Origin: Camelus ferus
Lineage: Eukaryota
Length of the DNA stretch: 64,000 bases
Direction: 5' to 3'
NCBI RefSeq assembly: GCF_009834535.1
Contig: NC_045698.1
Location: forward strand, 8,434,001-8,498,000
The notes under the pieces were generated by a model. The model was given only the letters and a program-made list of their open reading frames with translations, was not told the origin of the DNA and searched no databases. The position numbers and the translations under genes are program-made. Shown here one piece after another: positions 22,738 through 34,405 of the stretch; the stretch's first letter is position 1; the number at the start of each line of letters is the position of its first letter.

Positions 22738-23382
22738 TAGCAGATTCTCTTACATTCTACAAAGTCAATGCAAACATTGAATTAGTGACAAATGAACCAC
22801 TCTTCCCAGGGGACATTAAGGGGTCAGTTCCTGCAAGGCTCTGGCCACAATGTTTTCAACAACCTAGCAATAAGTAACCATGTTTTATGTGAGTTTCTGT
22901 TTAAAGACACCTTATTCAATACATCTTGTTGATTCACTAACATTGAATTCATGGCCAACGGCCCCGTGTCTCATGCCTGAGTGAAGCTCACCTAATAAAC
23001 GAATTTTCTCCATAAGGCCCATCACAGCCTTCTTGCACTTAGGATCACGAGACAGCACTTAAGCACCATGCCTGGGGGCATTTGAAACAGCAAAACAAAT
23101 ACCAAAAAAAGCACAAAAGTTGAAAAAAAGGGCACTAAGTAGACTGCAGAAAGAACACTTGTTCACGGTATGAGAGCTGAAGAAAAAGGTAGAGTGTGAC
23201 CTTGTATGACCTCAGCTGGGAACATGCATGCCAGGTGGCTGAAATGTTTCCCCACCCTGTGCAAGTCTTGGGGACAACTGACGACAAAAGAAACACTGAT
23301 ACTGATTTTGGGGTTACAGACAAACTTTAGCAAGCAGGCAAATTTCACAAACATGCAATTTGCAAGTAACGAGGACTGAGAG
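22738..23382 (+). mobile_element. MER82 (TcMar-Tigger), near full length
   Basis: Colinear with the recalled consensus: gtttctgtttaaagacaccttatt, catcacagccttcttgcacttagga, gacctcagctgggaac, tgattttggggttaca. TA at both ends. Confidence 0.9.
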
Positions 23383-24399
23383 TATATCTAAAAGGGAATA
23401 TAAGAGACCCCTATAGGGATTACATTTGCTGATTTTATGTATCTCCCCCTTCTCCCCTTCTCTCTGTTCCACAGTACCTTGAACACTGCTTTTCAAGCAG
23501 TAAACAGCCAATACTAATAGGAAATAGGTGCTTGCTAAATAGAAAAATGAACACATGTCTAGGAAATTTTAAGTTGAATGGGAATTAAATACACAACAGG
23601 ACTAAGAAGCTCTCAACGTGGCTTCTCTTCGTAAATAGGTAGAGTTGTCATCCAGAAACATTATACACAGCAAGTCATTTTGAAAGATGTTACCGACAGA
23701 AGTGCGGCCTCAAGTGAACGTTCCTGGGTTGTGGAACAGTTCGAAGAAACCGCAGTGCGTTAGCTGAGGTTGAGAAAGTTGATACAAAATCACTAGCTTC
23801 AGGGACTACGGGGAGTTACCATCGTGTAAGGTCAGATCAGGAAGAGGCAGCCTGGAAGAAGAGGGCTCACACGAAGGAGGAAGTTGTTTTAAATAATATG
23901 TTATTAAAAATGATTCTGTCACATCCTGGCGCATCGCTTACTGTTCAGGACAAAGGCTAGCAACCGGCTTTAGAGGAAATTAACCCCTATTATAATCTAT
24001 CCAAGCTATTGTTCACGGCAAGCGATGAGCGGAAAAGATGTTCTGTCCTGGACGGCTCTGTGTCGTGTGCTGGTTTAGGGCTTCTCATGCCACGGGAGCT
24101 CGGGAGCAGAATTATGACCAGAGATGATTCTTAATGATTTAGGAACTAGAGAGAGAGGACCCATTAAGTCTCTTTCCTCTCTTCTAAGGAAAAGGAAAAA
24201 TAACAGGCGACTCAGAGATGTTTTCCTGTTTATACCTTTAACAATGCTTTCCCATCTCTGGAGAGTAAATGAAATATTTTTATTCCCTAAAAATGCGACA
24301 GACACGTTTACTTCATTCACAGAGAAGACTATGCAGGACTTCCTTTTTCTTTGCATGGGTGTGAGTTTGATGTTTTTCTGCACTATGTAGTCTTGTTAT

Positions 24400-24700
24400 T
24401 TTAAAACGGATGCAGGCTTATTTACAATAAACAGAGGTTTATTTAGGCCATAAATACAGAAAAGTAAAATACTGCTATCCATAATCCCTTAATCTGCTCC
24501 CTTTCTTTTTCATTATAAATGTATACATATTTAACATACATATATTAATATTAAAATCGTTATCATTATATATGTAGTCTTGCATAATTTTGAATATTTA
24601 ATACATAATGAGCATTGTCCAGTGTCATTAAACAGTCTTCCAACTCATTTCACATTACCTGTAATGTCTGAATTATTTAAATATCTGCCACACTTATTAT
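24400..24700 (-). mobile_element. Degenerate L1ME-like 3' fragment
   Basis: aaatacagaaaagtaaaat...ccataatccc...gagcattgtccagtgtcattaaa. Confidence 0.4.
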
Positions 24701-24790
24701 AAGTATTTGTACACTCTTTACAGATACCTATAATGCTGTAACATACTGAGCATGGATAGTGTGATTCTGCCCCTGCGTGTTAGTGTAAGC

Positions 24791-25792
24791 CAGGATCAAC
24801 AACCTCCTTCTATAAAGCTGTAACCCAGCAGGACTCTAGAGGGCCTTCCTGGGACAGATCCTTCCCACCATGCGCTCTGCCTGCCTCCTATTTGTGGAAA
24901 AGCCACAGTCTCCCAGGCCTCCCCTGAGTCACAAAAAACTGGCTCAAGAATTAATGATTGAAAAGATGTGAACATGTAGTGACAAAAACAGCATCTGAGT
25001 CAAGAGAACTGGTAAGAATTTAAATAGTAAGTCAGCCATATGGCCATTTAGTTGCTCCCTGAAGTACCTGTATAATGGTATCTGATGCTCATTTCCTGAA
25101 TTGTTTTACAGATGCTAAAACCCCCACCCGATGGGAGAATTGTTAACTATTTGATGACCATGAGCAAGTAGCCCACAGATCTACTGGGGCCTGAGGAGAG
25201 ACAACGTTAACCCCTGTGACCCCACCCTGTGACCTCACCATCAACCAGTCAGAGAACTGTGCACAAGTTGGTCACACACCCTGTGACTTCCCTCCCTCAC
25301 TTTGCCTTTAAAAGTGCTTTCCTGAAACCCGCCGGGGAGTTTGGGTTTTCTGAGCACTAGCTGCCTGGGACTCCTTGTCTGGCGCCTTACAATAAATGCT
25401 GCACTTTCCTTCACTGCAACCTGGTGTCGGTGGATTGGCTTTATTGCACGAGGGCAAGAGGAACCAAGTTTGGATCAGGTAACAAAGGTACAAACAGTGA
25501 ATATTTTTGGATTTCTGGGTCACAAGGTATCTGTCCCAACTACTCACCTAAGTTAGAGCAATCCAAAGCTGTGGTACCCAGTGCGCATAAACAAAGGCGT
25601 TCTGGTAAAACGTTACCTATAGATGCTAAAATCTGAATTTTTACATAATGTTCACATGTCACAGAATATTATTTTTCTTTTGATTTTCTCCCAACTGTTT
25701 AAAAATATAAAAAATCATTCTTCACTCACAGGCCATAGAAAAACCGGCAGCAGGCTGGATTTGGCCCCTAGGCCACAGTCTGCAGGTGCCTA
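24791..25792 (+). mobile_element. MER58B (hAT-Charlie) split by an LTR: 24791-24818 and 25485-25792
   Basis: caggatcaacaacctccttctataaag rejoins ...agtgaatatttttgg...aactactca...ttcacatgtcacagaatatt...ggatttggccc. 8-bp flanks gtgtaagc/gattaagc. Confidence 0.85.
24819..25484 (+). mobile_element. ERV1-type solo LTR, 666 bp
   Basis: TGTAAC...GTAACA termini, 4-bp flanks aagc/aagg, TATA-like cctttaaaa near 25305, AATAAA at 25391. Confidence 0.88.
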
Positions 25793-26119
25793 GATTAAGC
25801 CACATTGCACTTTTAGTCAGGTGCCCGAAGGAAATTTCAAGCTCCCAGGACTGGCCCACTCCCTTCCTAATCAGAAGCCCGTTCCTGCAGAAGGTGGCTA
25901 CTTCCAGGGTGTTACCTATCTTTAATATCTGATCAATAGCAACTATTTTTAATAATTTGCATCAGGATGAGTTTCCATGGGCGAAACCGGTAGCTCGTTA
26001 GCGTAACAGATGTTAGAAATAAGCTCCCATTGTTGAAATCAGGTGGTGTTCAGTTCCAGCTTTTAACTGTTTTGGGGGGCATTTCAGCATGAGCTCCTGC
26101 AGATTTTTTTTTTTTTAAA

Positions 26120-27230
26120 GAATGGTCCATGGTAGCTTTACTTGTAGTAGCCAGTAACTGCAAACAACAAACCTCAAGAGGAGACAAGATAAATAAACAA
26201 ATCCATATCATGCAGTGAAAAAGAACAAAGCGCTCACAGATGTGACACCCTGAAGAATCTCAAAAGATTGGAAGTGAAAGAAGCCGGATGCAAAAGGCTG
26301 ATTGAATGACTCTATGCAGGTGAATTTGGGGAAGAGGCAAGATTAATCCAGGTTGATGGAAATCACAACAGTGGTCATCTGAGTTGGGGCAGGGGTGGGC
26401 ATTGGCAAAAAAGAGTAAGAGGGCACTTTCCAGAGGGATGTAAATTCTCTACATCTTGACTGAGGTAGTGATGATGAGACAGGATGGGGGCAGGGCACCT
26501 GCCATTCAAGGAATGATACAGCAATTAACATCAAAATGGAGATTCAACCCCTAGTTGGCCTTGAGGCTCAAGGTGGTGGGAGATTTGACTTCTAGTAGAC
26601 CTTGAGCTTCACTGTATGCCTATTGTAATACATTAGCATGGTGAATAACATGTCCACAGGCACCGTGGCAGTCCCAAGGCTAGCCGCAAAAGGTCACAGA
26701 GTGGGAAGTGGCCAACTTCCTAGGAATCCCAGCCCCAGGCTAGTTAGACTGGTCCTTCCACTAATTCTCATATGAAGCCACTGAGTCCATAAAAACTGGG
26801 CAACACGGTGCCTGTTGGCCGCCTCTCTCTCTCTGCCTGTCTCTGTCTCTCTCTCTCTCTCTCTCTCGCCTCTCTCCCTTTGGAGACGGCCTACACTCTG
26901 TCTGTGGAGTGGGTACCTACTTTTACTCTAATCTGAGCACCCAACCCTCACAACTCATGGCCTTTCTCTTGCCTTTCAATGTATCTCTCTGAATAAATCT
27001 AACTTTACTCAACTGTGGCTCGCTCTTGAATTCTTTCCTGTGCGAAGCCAAGGACCCACACTTGGCGGGGCACGTCCCAGGGGCTCAGCCGAAGCCTGGG
27101 AAATGGCCCTTCTCATGCCCCACATCGGTTTTTCCTGCATCAGTAACAAGGGTGTAGACAACTGTCAAAAGGCACTGAAGCACTTAAGGATCTGTCCATT
27201 TTATTTTACGTTAAAAAAAAAAAAAAAAGA
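26120..27230 (+). mobile_element. L1ME-like 3' UTR split by an LTR: 26120-26471 and 27143-27230
   Basis: gtgaaagaagccggatgcaaaagg...gagggatgtaaattctctacatcttgactgaggtagtg continues as gtaacaagggtgtagacaactgtcaaaa...cacttaaggatctgtccatttta plus poly-A. Confidence 0.75.
26472..27142 (+). mobile_element. ERV1-type solo LTR, MER41-like, 671 bp
   Basis: TGATG...CATCA termini, flanks gtga/gtaa, cataaaaa TATA-like motif, (CT)n tract, AATAAA near 26992, U5 ctcgctcttgaattctttcctgtgcgaagccaaggacc. Confidence 0.85.
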
Positions 27231-27664
27231 ACAGCTCAGGTAATTTCCTTCTCCGATCCCAAAGGCATTGCCTAGACCTCCAAAGAGGTCAGTTTCACCC
27301 CCAGTGACGTGGAATGGAGTGTCCAGACCAGAGGAACTGAAGGAGCTCCTGCATATTTTAAAGGAGGTCAGAGGAACTCTGAGAACCAGACAGGAATCAT
27401 ATACTAACCAGCATGAACTACTAGTATTCAACAATCGATAAGGCTGTGCCAACGCACAGCCCTGCCGAAAAGGACTCTCTGATCTCACAGACTAGGGGAC
27501 ACCTCTTTTTACGCCCCCGTGAGGATCAATGTCTGTCTTGCTAATGTCTGCAGGCTTGGCAGAACTGGTTTTGAGAACTGCTTCCACTTTTTGCTGTTAA
27601 AAAAACAAGTTGTGTCTGAGTAGTACGGTTTCACGTCATTTACAAAAGCGTGATCTAAACCCAC

Positions 27665-27810
27665 AGTTCTTCAATAAAATATTTGCTGAGGTTCCTCTAT
27701 GTGCAGGAATGACTGGGGACACAGTGGGAGAAAAAGGCAGGTCTGGTCCCTGCCATGACATTGTTATTATAGAAGAGGGAATAACAAACAAGCAATTAAA
27801 ATGTATTAAA
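27665..27810 (-). mobile_element. L2 3' end
   Basis: ttcaataaaatatttgctgaggttcctctatgtgcagg...ctggggacacagtgg...ggtccctgcc. Confidence 0.7.
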
Positions 27811-27959
27811 CATTCTTTTCTATGTTATAAGATAGTAACAGCGTACTAAAATAATCACTGTAGTCCCATAATTTCCATTATAATGGAAATCACAGGACAG
27901 ATTTCTCTGTGCCAAGCATTGGCCTCAGTGTGACATATATCAACCCCATTATATATACC

Positions 27960-28533
27960 TTTTAGAGCAAGCAGATAGCTGAATATGAGCACGGACCAAA
28001 TGGCAGGAAACTGTACATCATGTGAAAAATGGGGGTCCTTGGTCACACTAAGCAGGATTGATAAGACATCCAGATTGATAAGACATCACACATTTGGGCT
28101 GACAAGTGTGCTGGAGGCTGACAAAGAAAGGTGGGAAAGGGCAGGAATCTCCAGTGTCCAAATGTAACCTTTAGCTCATCACAATAAAATTAGCCTTGCA
28201 GATGAGAAGTACCCATCATGCACTGATGCCATGACGCTTCCGATCCAGACTAAATGAGGACAAATCTCCCTCCTTCCCTCGGGAAGGTGGAGCTAGGATG
28301 GAAATCAGGGAATACGACCCCAAACCCCTCCCTCTCCAATGAATATCCCACCCATTCATTTTTACACTCTGTGTGAACAACTTGCCAAAGAAACTCAGCG
28401 CCGCTGCTCACCTGCGCCTGCCCGCTCTCCCCTTGAGCGCGTACTATCTACCCTTAATAAATCCTCACTTTGCTTTGTTGACGTCTGTGTCTGGTCTCTG
28501 AATTCTGAGACAAGAACCTACTCCCCGGCAACA
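27960..28533 (+). mobile_element. ERV1-type solo LTR (MER66/MER41-related) inside a MIR
   Basis: 5' ttagagcaagcagatagctgaatatgagca; AATAAA near 28456; 3' gtctctgaattctgagacaagaacc...ggcaaca. MIR halves flank it (tgtgccaagcattg upstream; attatccccatctttcagaagaggaagctgaagg downstream). Confidence 0.8.
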
Positions 28534-28759
28534 TCTTCAAAACTTCCGTCTTATCAGGTAAGTTATCCCTGACATCATTATCCCCATCTTTCAGAAGAGG
28601 AAGCTGAAGGACACCTTCAAGACTTAAGGAATCTCTTGACGTAATAAAAATTTAAAATGGTGGTTATAGATTCTAACATGGGCTGCTGGAGGCCAAGTCT
28701 GTACTCTTCACCTCTGCACTTCCAGGTGTGGTGGGGCAGCTCTGAACTGTGGGGGAGCT

Positions 28760-29170
28760 GCTTACTGGGCCTTCAGGGGATAATTTAAACTGAAGTCTAA
28801 AGGATGGGAAGGAATCATCCATGAAAAGAGGCAAGCAATCCAAACAGCAGGTCTGACATCCTGAGTCTAGAAGAAGATTTCTCTGTTCCTGGAACAGAAA
28901 GGAAGCTGACAAGCCTGGAACACTGGAAGCCCTGGCTGGGAGCTTGGCTTTTGAAAGTCAATGCAGGGTTGAAAGCAGGAGAGTCACAGACCAGATTTAA
29001 CTTTAAAACTCACTCTGGTGGCTGTGCAGAAACTGGGTAATGGAGATTAGGGACAAGAATATAAAAGGTAAGACAAGCTAGTGGTTGTTGAAGATCAGAA
29101 ACACGAGTGGTTTAAATCAGGATAAATGCTGTAGAGAAAGAGAGACTGTCAGATCCCGTTTAGGAAGCTG
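28760..29170 (-). mobile_element. L2 fragment
   Basis: tttaaactgaagtctaaaggatgggaagga...ccagatttaactttaaaactcactctggtggctgtg. Confidence 0.6.
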
Positions 29171-29654
29171 TTCAAAAGCTCCCAGTGACCCCCAGCCTAA
29201 CTCTCTATGAAATTAACTTGATGCCGAGGATTAATCATCGTACCTCTTATATTAAAAGAATACATTATTCTAAACTAAATTACACAGTTCATTTTGTGTT
29301 GGGCTTGCATTTCCCTCTCCACGGAGCACTGGAAATAAGGGGCTGAATTTAAATAGGAAGACATTTTTCTTTCTTATCCAGCTGAATCCTACATAAATAC
29401 ATTTAAAACATTTCACAAGCTGACAAATGGACCTAGTTATCACAACAAAGTTTAAAGTAAGAACAGTCAAATGCAACCCATTATGGAGATTATTTTTGGA
29501 AAATTAAAGTTTTAGTGAATTTATAAATATAGTCTGTCATGTATTCTAAACTATAAATATGACAATTATTCAAGCATAATTCACATCAATAGACATATTC
29601 CTATCTTTTACCTATTGCCACAATATTAGTAGGCTGTTATTAAAAGTAATTCAA

Positions 29655-30183
29655 CTAGATTTATTGTGGTGATCACTTTGAAGTGTACAGAAATACCAAG
29701 TCACTATGTTGTGCACCAGGAACTAACACAGTGTTGCAGGTCAATTATATTTCAACTATACTTCAAAAATAAACATACAAACTCATAGAAAAAGAGACCA
29801 GATTTATGACTGCCAAAGGCTGGGAGTAGAGAGAGGGGGAACTGGATCAAGGTAGTCAAAAGTCACAAATTTCCAGTTATAAGATAAATAAGGACTATGG
29901 ATGTAATATACATTATAAACACAATAAGCATTGCTGTATGTTATACATAAAAGTTATTAGGAGGATAAATCCTAAGCATTCTCATCACAAGGAAATTTTT
30001 TTTCTATTTCTTTAATTTTGTATCTATAGGAGATGATGGATGTTCACTAACCGTACTGTGGTCATCATTTCATGATATATGTAAGTTTGAGTCATTATGC
30101 TGCAGCCCTTAAACTTACACAGCGCTGCACGTTAGTTACAGCTCAATAAAACTGAAAGAAAAAAATCACAAAATAAAATTGGA
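29655..30183 (+). mobile_element. L1MB1/2-like 3' end
   Basis: caaactcatagaaaaagagaccagattt; ttccagttataagataaataag; ctcatcacaaggaaa; ctcaataaaactgaaagaaaa. Flanks aaaagtaattcaa/aaaagtgattaaa match at 11/13. Confidence 0.85.
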
Positions 30184-30293
30184 AAAAGTGATTAAATATA
30201 CTATAATTTATGCTTTCGTTAACTACATATATAATTTCATACAGATACATACACACATATATAATTATATCTAGCTACCTATCTAATCATCCT

Positions 30294-33200
30294 TTTATTT
30301 TTTATTTTTTAAGACTTTACGTTCAAAGAGCAGTTTTAGATTTACAACAAAATTGAGAGGAAGGGTCATAGATGTTTCCATATACCCCCTACCACTACAC
30401 ATCCTTCATTATCAAATCACTCACTAGAATAGTCCATTTTTCACCAAGGATGAACCTATGTTGACAAGCCACAATCACCCAAACTCCACAGTTCACATTA
30501 CTACTCACCATTGGTGGTATCCATTCCATGCGTTTAGACAAAAGTGTAATGACATATTTTTATCACTATAAAATCATTCAGAGTATTTTCACTACCCTAA
30601 AAACTCCCTGTGGTCTCCTTATTCTTCTCTCTCCAACCCTTGTCCCAAGCAACCACTGAGCTTTATATTTTCTCTATAGTTTTGCTTTTTCTAGGATGTC
30701 ATATAGTTTGAATCATACAGGACAGCCTTTTCAGATTGGCTTCTTTCACTTGGAAATAGGCATTTAAGGTTCCTCCTTGTCTTCTCATGGCTTGACAGCT
30801 AAATTCTTTTTAGTGCTGAATAATAATACTCCACTGTCTGGATGTACCACAGCTTATCTATCCACTCACCTGTGAAGGACAGTTTGGTGCATCCAGGTTT
30901 TGGCAATTATGAATAAAGGTACAATAAACATTCATGTTTAGCTTTTTTGTGTGGACTTAAGTTTTCAGCACTTCTGGGTAAATGCCAAGAAGTGCGACTG
31001 CTGGATTCTATGGTAAGAGTGTGTTTAGTTTCGTAAGAAATTATCAAAATGCCTTCCAAAGAAGCTGTCCCATTTTGTGACCCTGCTAGCAATGTATAAG
31101 AGATCCTGTTGCTCCACATCCTTGCCAGCATTTGGTGTCATCAGTGTCCCAGGCTTTGGCCATTCCGATAGGTGTGTAGCAGTAGCTCACTGTCACTTTA
31201 ATTGGCACAAATGACACATGTTGTGGGGCACCTTTTCATATGCTGTTCCCCATTTGTACAGTCTTCTTAGGTGAGGGGTCTGTTGTTTTTGGCCCATTTC
31301 TTAAATTGGACTATTTGGCTTCTTACTGTTGAGTTTGTCAGCGTTCTTTGAATATTTTGGAGAACAATCCTTTACCAGACACATCTCTTGCAAATAGGTT
31401 CTTCCAGTCTGTAGCTTGTCTTTAAATTCTCTTGATAATGTTTATCGCAGAACAGAAGTTTTAAATTTTAATGAAGTCTAGCTTATCAATCCTTCTTTCA
31501 TGGATCAGTGTCTTTGGTGTTGTATCTAAAAAGCAAAGTTATCCTGGTTTTCTCCTATGTTATCTTGAGGAGTTTTATAGTTGGCATTTTACATTTAGGT
31601 CTCTGAGCCATTTTGAGTAAATTTTTGTTAAGAGTGTAAGGTGTGTATCTTGATTCTTTTTTTTTTTTTTTTTTTTTTGCATGTGGGTATCTAGTTGTTC
31701 CAGCAGCATTTGCTGAAGAAACTATTTTTGCTTCATCGTGTTGCCTCTGCTACTCTTAAAGATCAGTTGACTATATCTATGAGGGTCTATTTCTGGGCTC
31801 TCTATTCTGATCCACTGATTTGTTTGTCTGTTCTTCCACTAATACGACACTGTCTTGATTACAATAGCTTTATGGTAAGTCTTGAATTCAGATAGTGTCA
31901 GTCTTCCAACTTTGTTCTCCTGCAATATTGTGTTGGTTCTTCCGGTCTTTTGTCTCTCCTTATAAAGTGTAGAATCAGTTTGTCAATAACCACAAAATAA
32001 CTTATTCCGGTTTAGACTGAGATTGAATCAAATCTACCTGTCAAGTTGGGAACAGCTGACATCTTGACAATATTGAGTCTTCCCATCCATGAACAGGGAC
32101 TACCTCTCCACTTATTTACTTCTTTGATTTTGCTCATCAGGTTTTGTGGTTTTCTTCATCTAGATGATGCACACATTTTGTTAGACTTATACCTAAGTAT
32201 TTTTTTCTGTCTGAGTGCTAATGGAAATGGTGCTGTGTTTTAAATTTCTAATTCCACTTTTTTGTTGTTACTATTCAGGAAAGCAGCTGACTCTTGTATG
32301 TGAACCTGTATCCTGAAACCTTACTATAATCGCTTTTGAGTTCCAGGAGATTTTTTTGTGGATTCTTCCAGATTTTCTACATGAATGATCATGTCACTTG
32401 TGAACAAAGACATTTTTACCAATCTGTCTACCTTTTACTTTCTTTTCTTGCCTTATTGAATTAGCAAGGGCTTCTAGTACAATGTTCAAAAGGACTGGTG
32501 AGAGGAGGCATCCTTGTCTTGTATCTAATCTTAGTGGGGAAGCTTCAAGTTTCTCACTATTAACTATGATGTAAGTTATAGGGTTTTTGTGGATAGGCTT
32601 TATCAATTTGAGAAAGTTCTCTTCTATTCCTAAGTTATTGATAGTTTCTCATGAATGGGTGTTGGATTTTGCAAATGCTTTGTCTATATCTATTGATATA
32701 ATTTTCCTTTTTCAGTCTGTTAATGTAATAGACTACATTAATTGATTTTCTAATGCTGAACCAGCTTGCATAACTGGGATGAATTCCACTTGGCCATGGT
32801 GTATAATCCTTTACATACTTTTATGGAATATCGCTAATATTTTGCTAAGTATTTTTACATCTGTTCGTGAGAGATAATGGTCTTTTCTGCCAAATTTGGC
32901 AGTTTTCTTTTCCTGTAATGTCTTTGTCTGCTTATGGTATTTGAATAATGCTGGCTTCACAGAGTGAGTTAGAAAGTATTCTTTCTGCTTCTACCCTTTG
33001 AAGGAGATCAGAGATCATTACTACAATTTCTTCCTTAAATACTGGTAGAATTCACCAATGAACCCATCTGGGTCTGGCACTTTCTGTTTTGAAAGGTTAT
33101 TTATTATCAGTTCACTTCTTTAATAGACGTAAGCCTGTCTGGTTCTTCTTTATCTTCTTGTGAGATTTGGTACATTGAGTCTTTCAAGGAATTGGTCCAT

Positions 33201-33722
33201 TTCATCCAGGTTATCAAGTTTGGGGGCACAGAGTTGTCCACAGTATTCTTTTATTATCATTTTTACTTCTGTCGGATTTGTAGAGGTGTCCCCTCTTTCA
33301 TTTCTGGTATTAGTAGTTTGTATCCTTTCTCTGTTTTTCTTAGTTATTCTGGCTAGAGGCATATTGGTTTTATTGAACTTTACAAAGAACCCCAGTTTTG
33401 GTTTCGTTGATTTTTTTCTACTGATTTCCTGTTTTTAATTTTATTGATTTTAGTTCTGATTCTTATTATTTCTTTTATTTTGCTGACTTTGATCTAATTT
33501 GTTCCTTTTATAGTTTCCTTAGGCAGAAACTTAGATTACTGATTTTAGTTCTTTCTTCATTTCTAATGTACGCATTCAATGCTATAAATTTCCCTCAAAG
33601 CACTACTTTTTCTGCATCTCATAAATTTTCGTAAGTTGGGTTTTCATTTTCATTTAGTTAAAAATACTTTAAAAATTTTGTTGAGATTTCTTCTTTGATC
33701 CATGTATCATTTAGAAGTGTGT
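30294..33722 (-). mobile_element. L1 (L1MC1/2-like), 3.4 kb, degenerate ORF2 and 3' UTR
   Basis: ORF2 remnants MPLARITKK..RNERGDTST..KLDNLDEMDQFLE and RT motif TRQGCLLSPVLLNIVLEALANSIRQEK. 3' end agagcagttttagatttacaacaaaattgag. Confidence 0.95.
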
Positions 33723-33829
33723 AGTTATTATTTTAAAAAGAGAACAAACTTTAAAAAACTGCCACTGATCATGTCAATACTTATCAATGAATATCTCTGA
33801 ATAGGTTTGTCACACTCAATCATAATATC

Positions 33830-34265
33830 AAGAACCAGGATGATACTGTCAGGTTTGCATTTCAGAAACATGGCTCTGTCACTGCATGGATAGGTTGGAA
33901 TAAATCAGAGTAGAGGCCAAAGCCCATCAGGAAACAAAGCAGAAAGCAGGGTGCCACAAAAGCATGAACTATGTAGAGACAGGGATGGAGGGGAGCAGAT
34001 ATTAGAGGTAAGAGAGAAGAATGAGGGCTTGGTAATTAATTGGCTGTGTGCAAAGAAGGAAGGCACATGGCATGGCCCTGGGGCTTTTGCTAGAGAACAG
34101 GCAGGATGACTGAGTTATCTGAGGATTCAGATTGAGGATGACAAGAGAAGATTAGGTTGAGGGGAAAATGAGATTAGTTACAGGCCTGTCAATCTCAAGA
34201 TGTCCCTGGGGCATGAGCAGTTGAACAAAATAGTCTAAATCACAGAAGGAAAGTACCTGGCAAAA
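33830..34265 (-). mobile_element. L2 fragment
   Basis: caggtttgcatttcagaaacatggctctg...ggggaaaatgagattagttacaggc. Confidence 0.55.
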
Positions 34266-34277
34266 CATTTGCAAATT

Positions 34278-34405
34278 GGAGGAGGGTATAGCTCAAGTGG
34301 TAGAGCACACGCTTAGCATGTATGAGGTCCTGGGTTCAAACTCCAGTCCCTCCTCTAAAAATAAACAAATAAACCTAATTACCTCCCCTGCCCCCCCCCC
34401 AAAAC
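34278..34405 (+). mobile_element. Camelid tRNA-Ala-derived SINE (Vic-1 type)
   Basis: gagggtatagctcaagtggtagagcacacgcttagcatgtatgaggtcctgggttcaaactcc; aaacctaattacctcccc. TSD tgcaaatt at 34270-77 and 34406-13. Confidence 0.92.

Noticed and set aside
24819..28533. Single provirus flanked by paired LTRs
   Set aside because: The LTRs differ in sequence, two have their own TSD-like flanks, and the intervening DNA is MER58/L1/L2/MIR with no gag/pol
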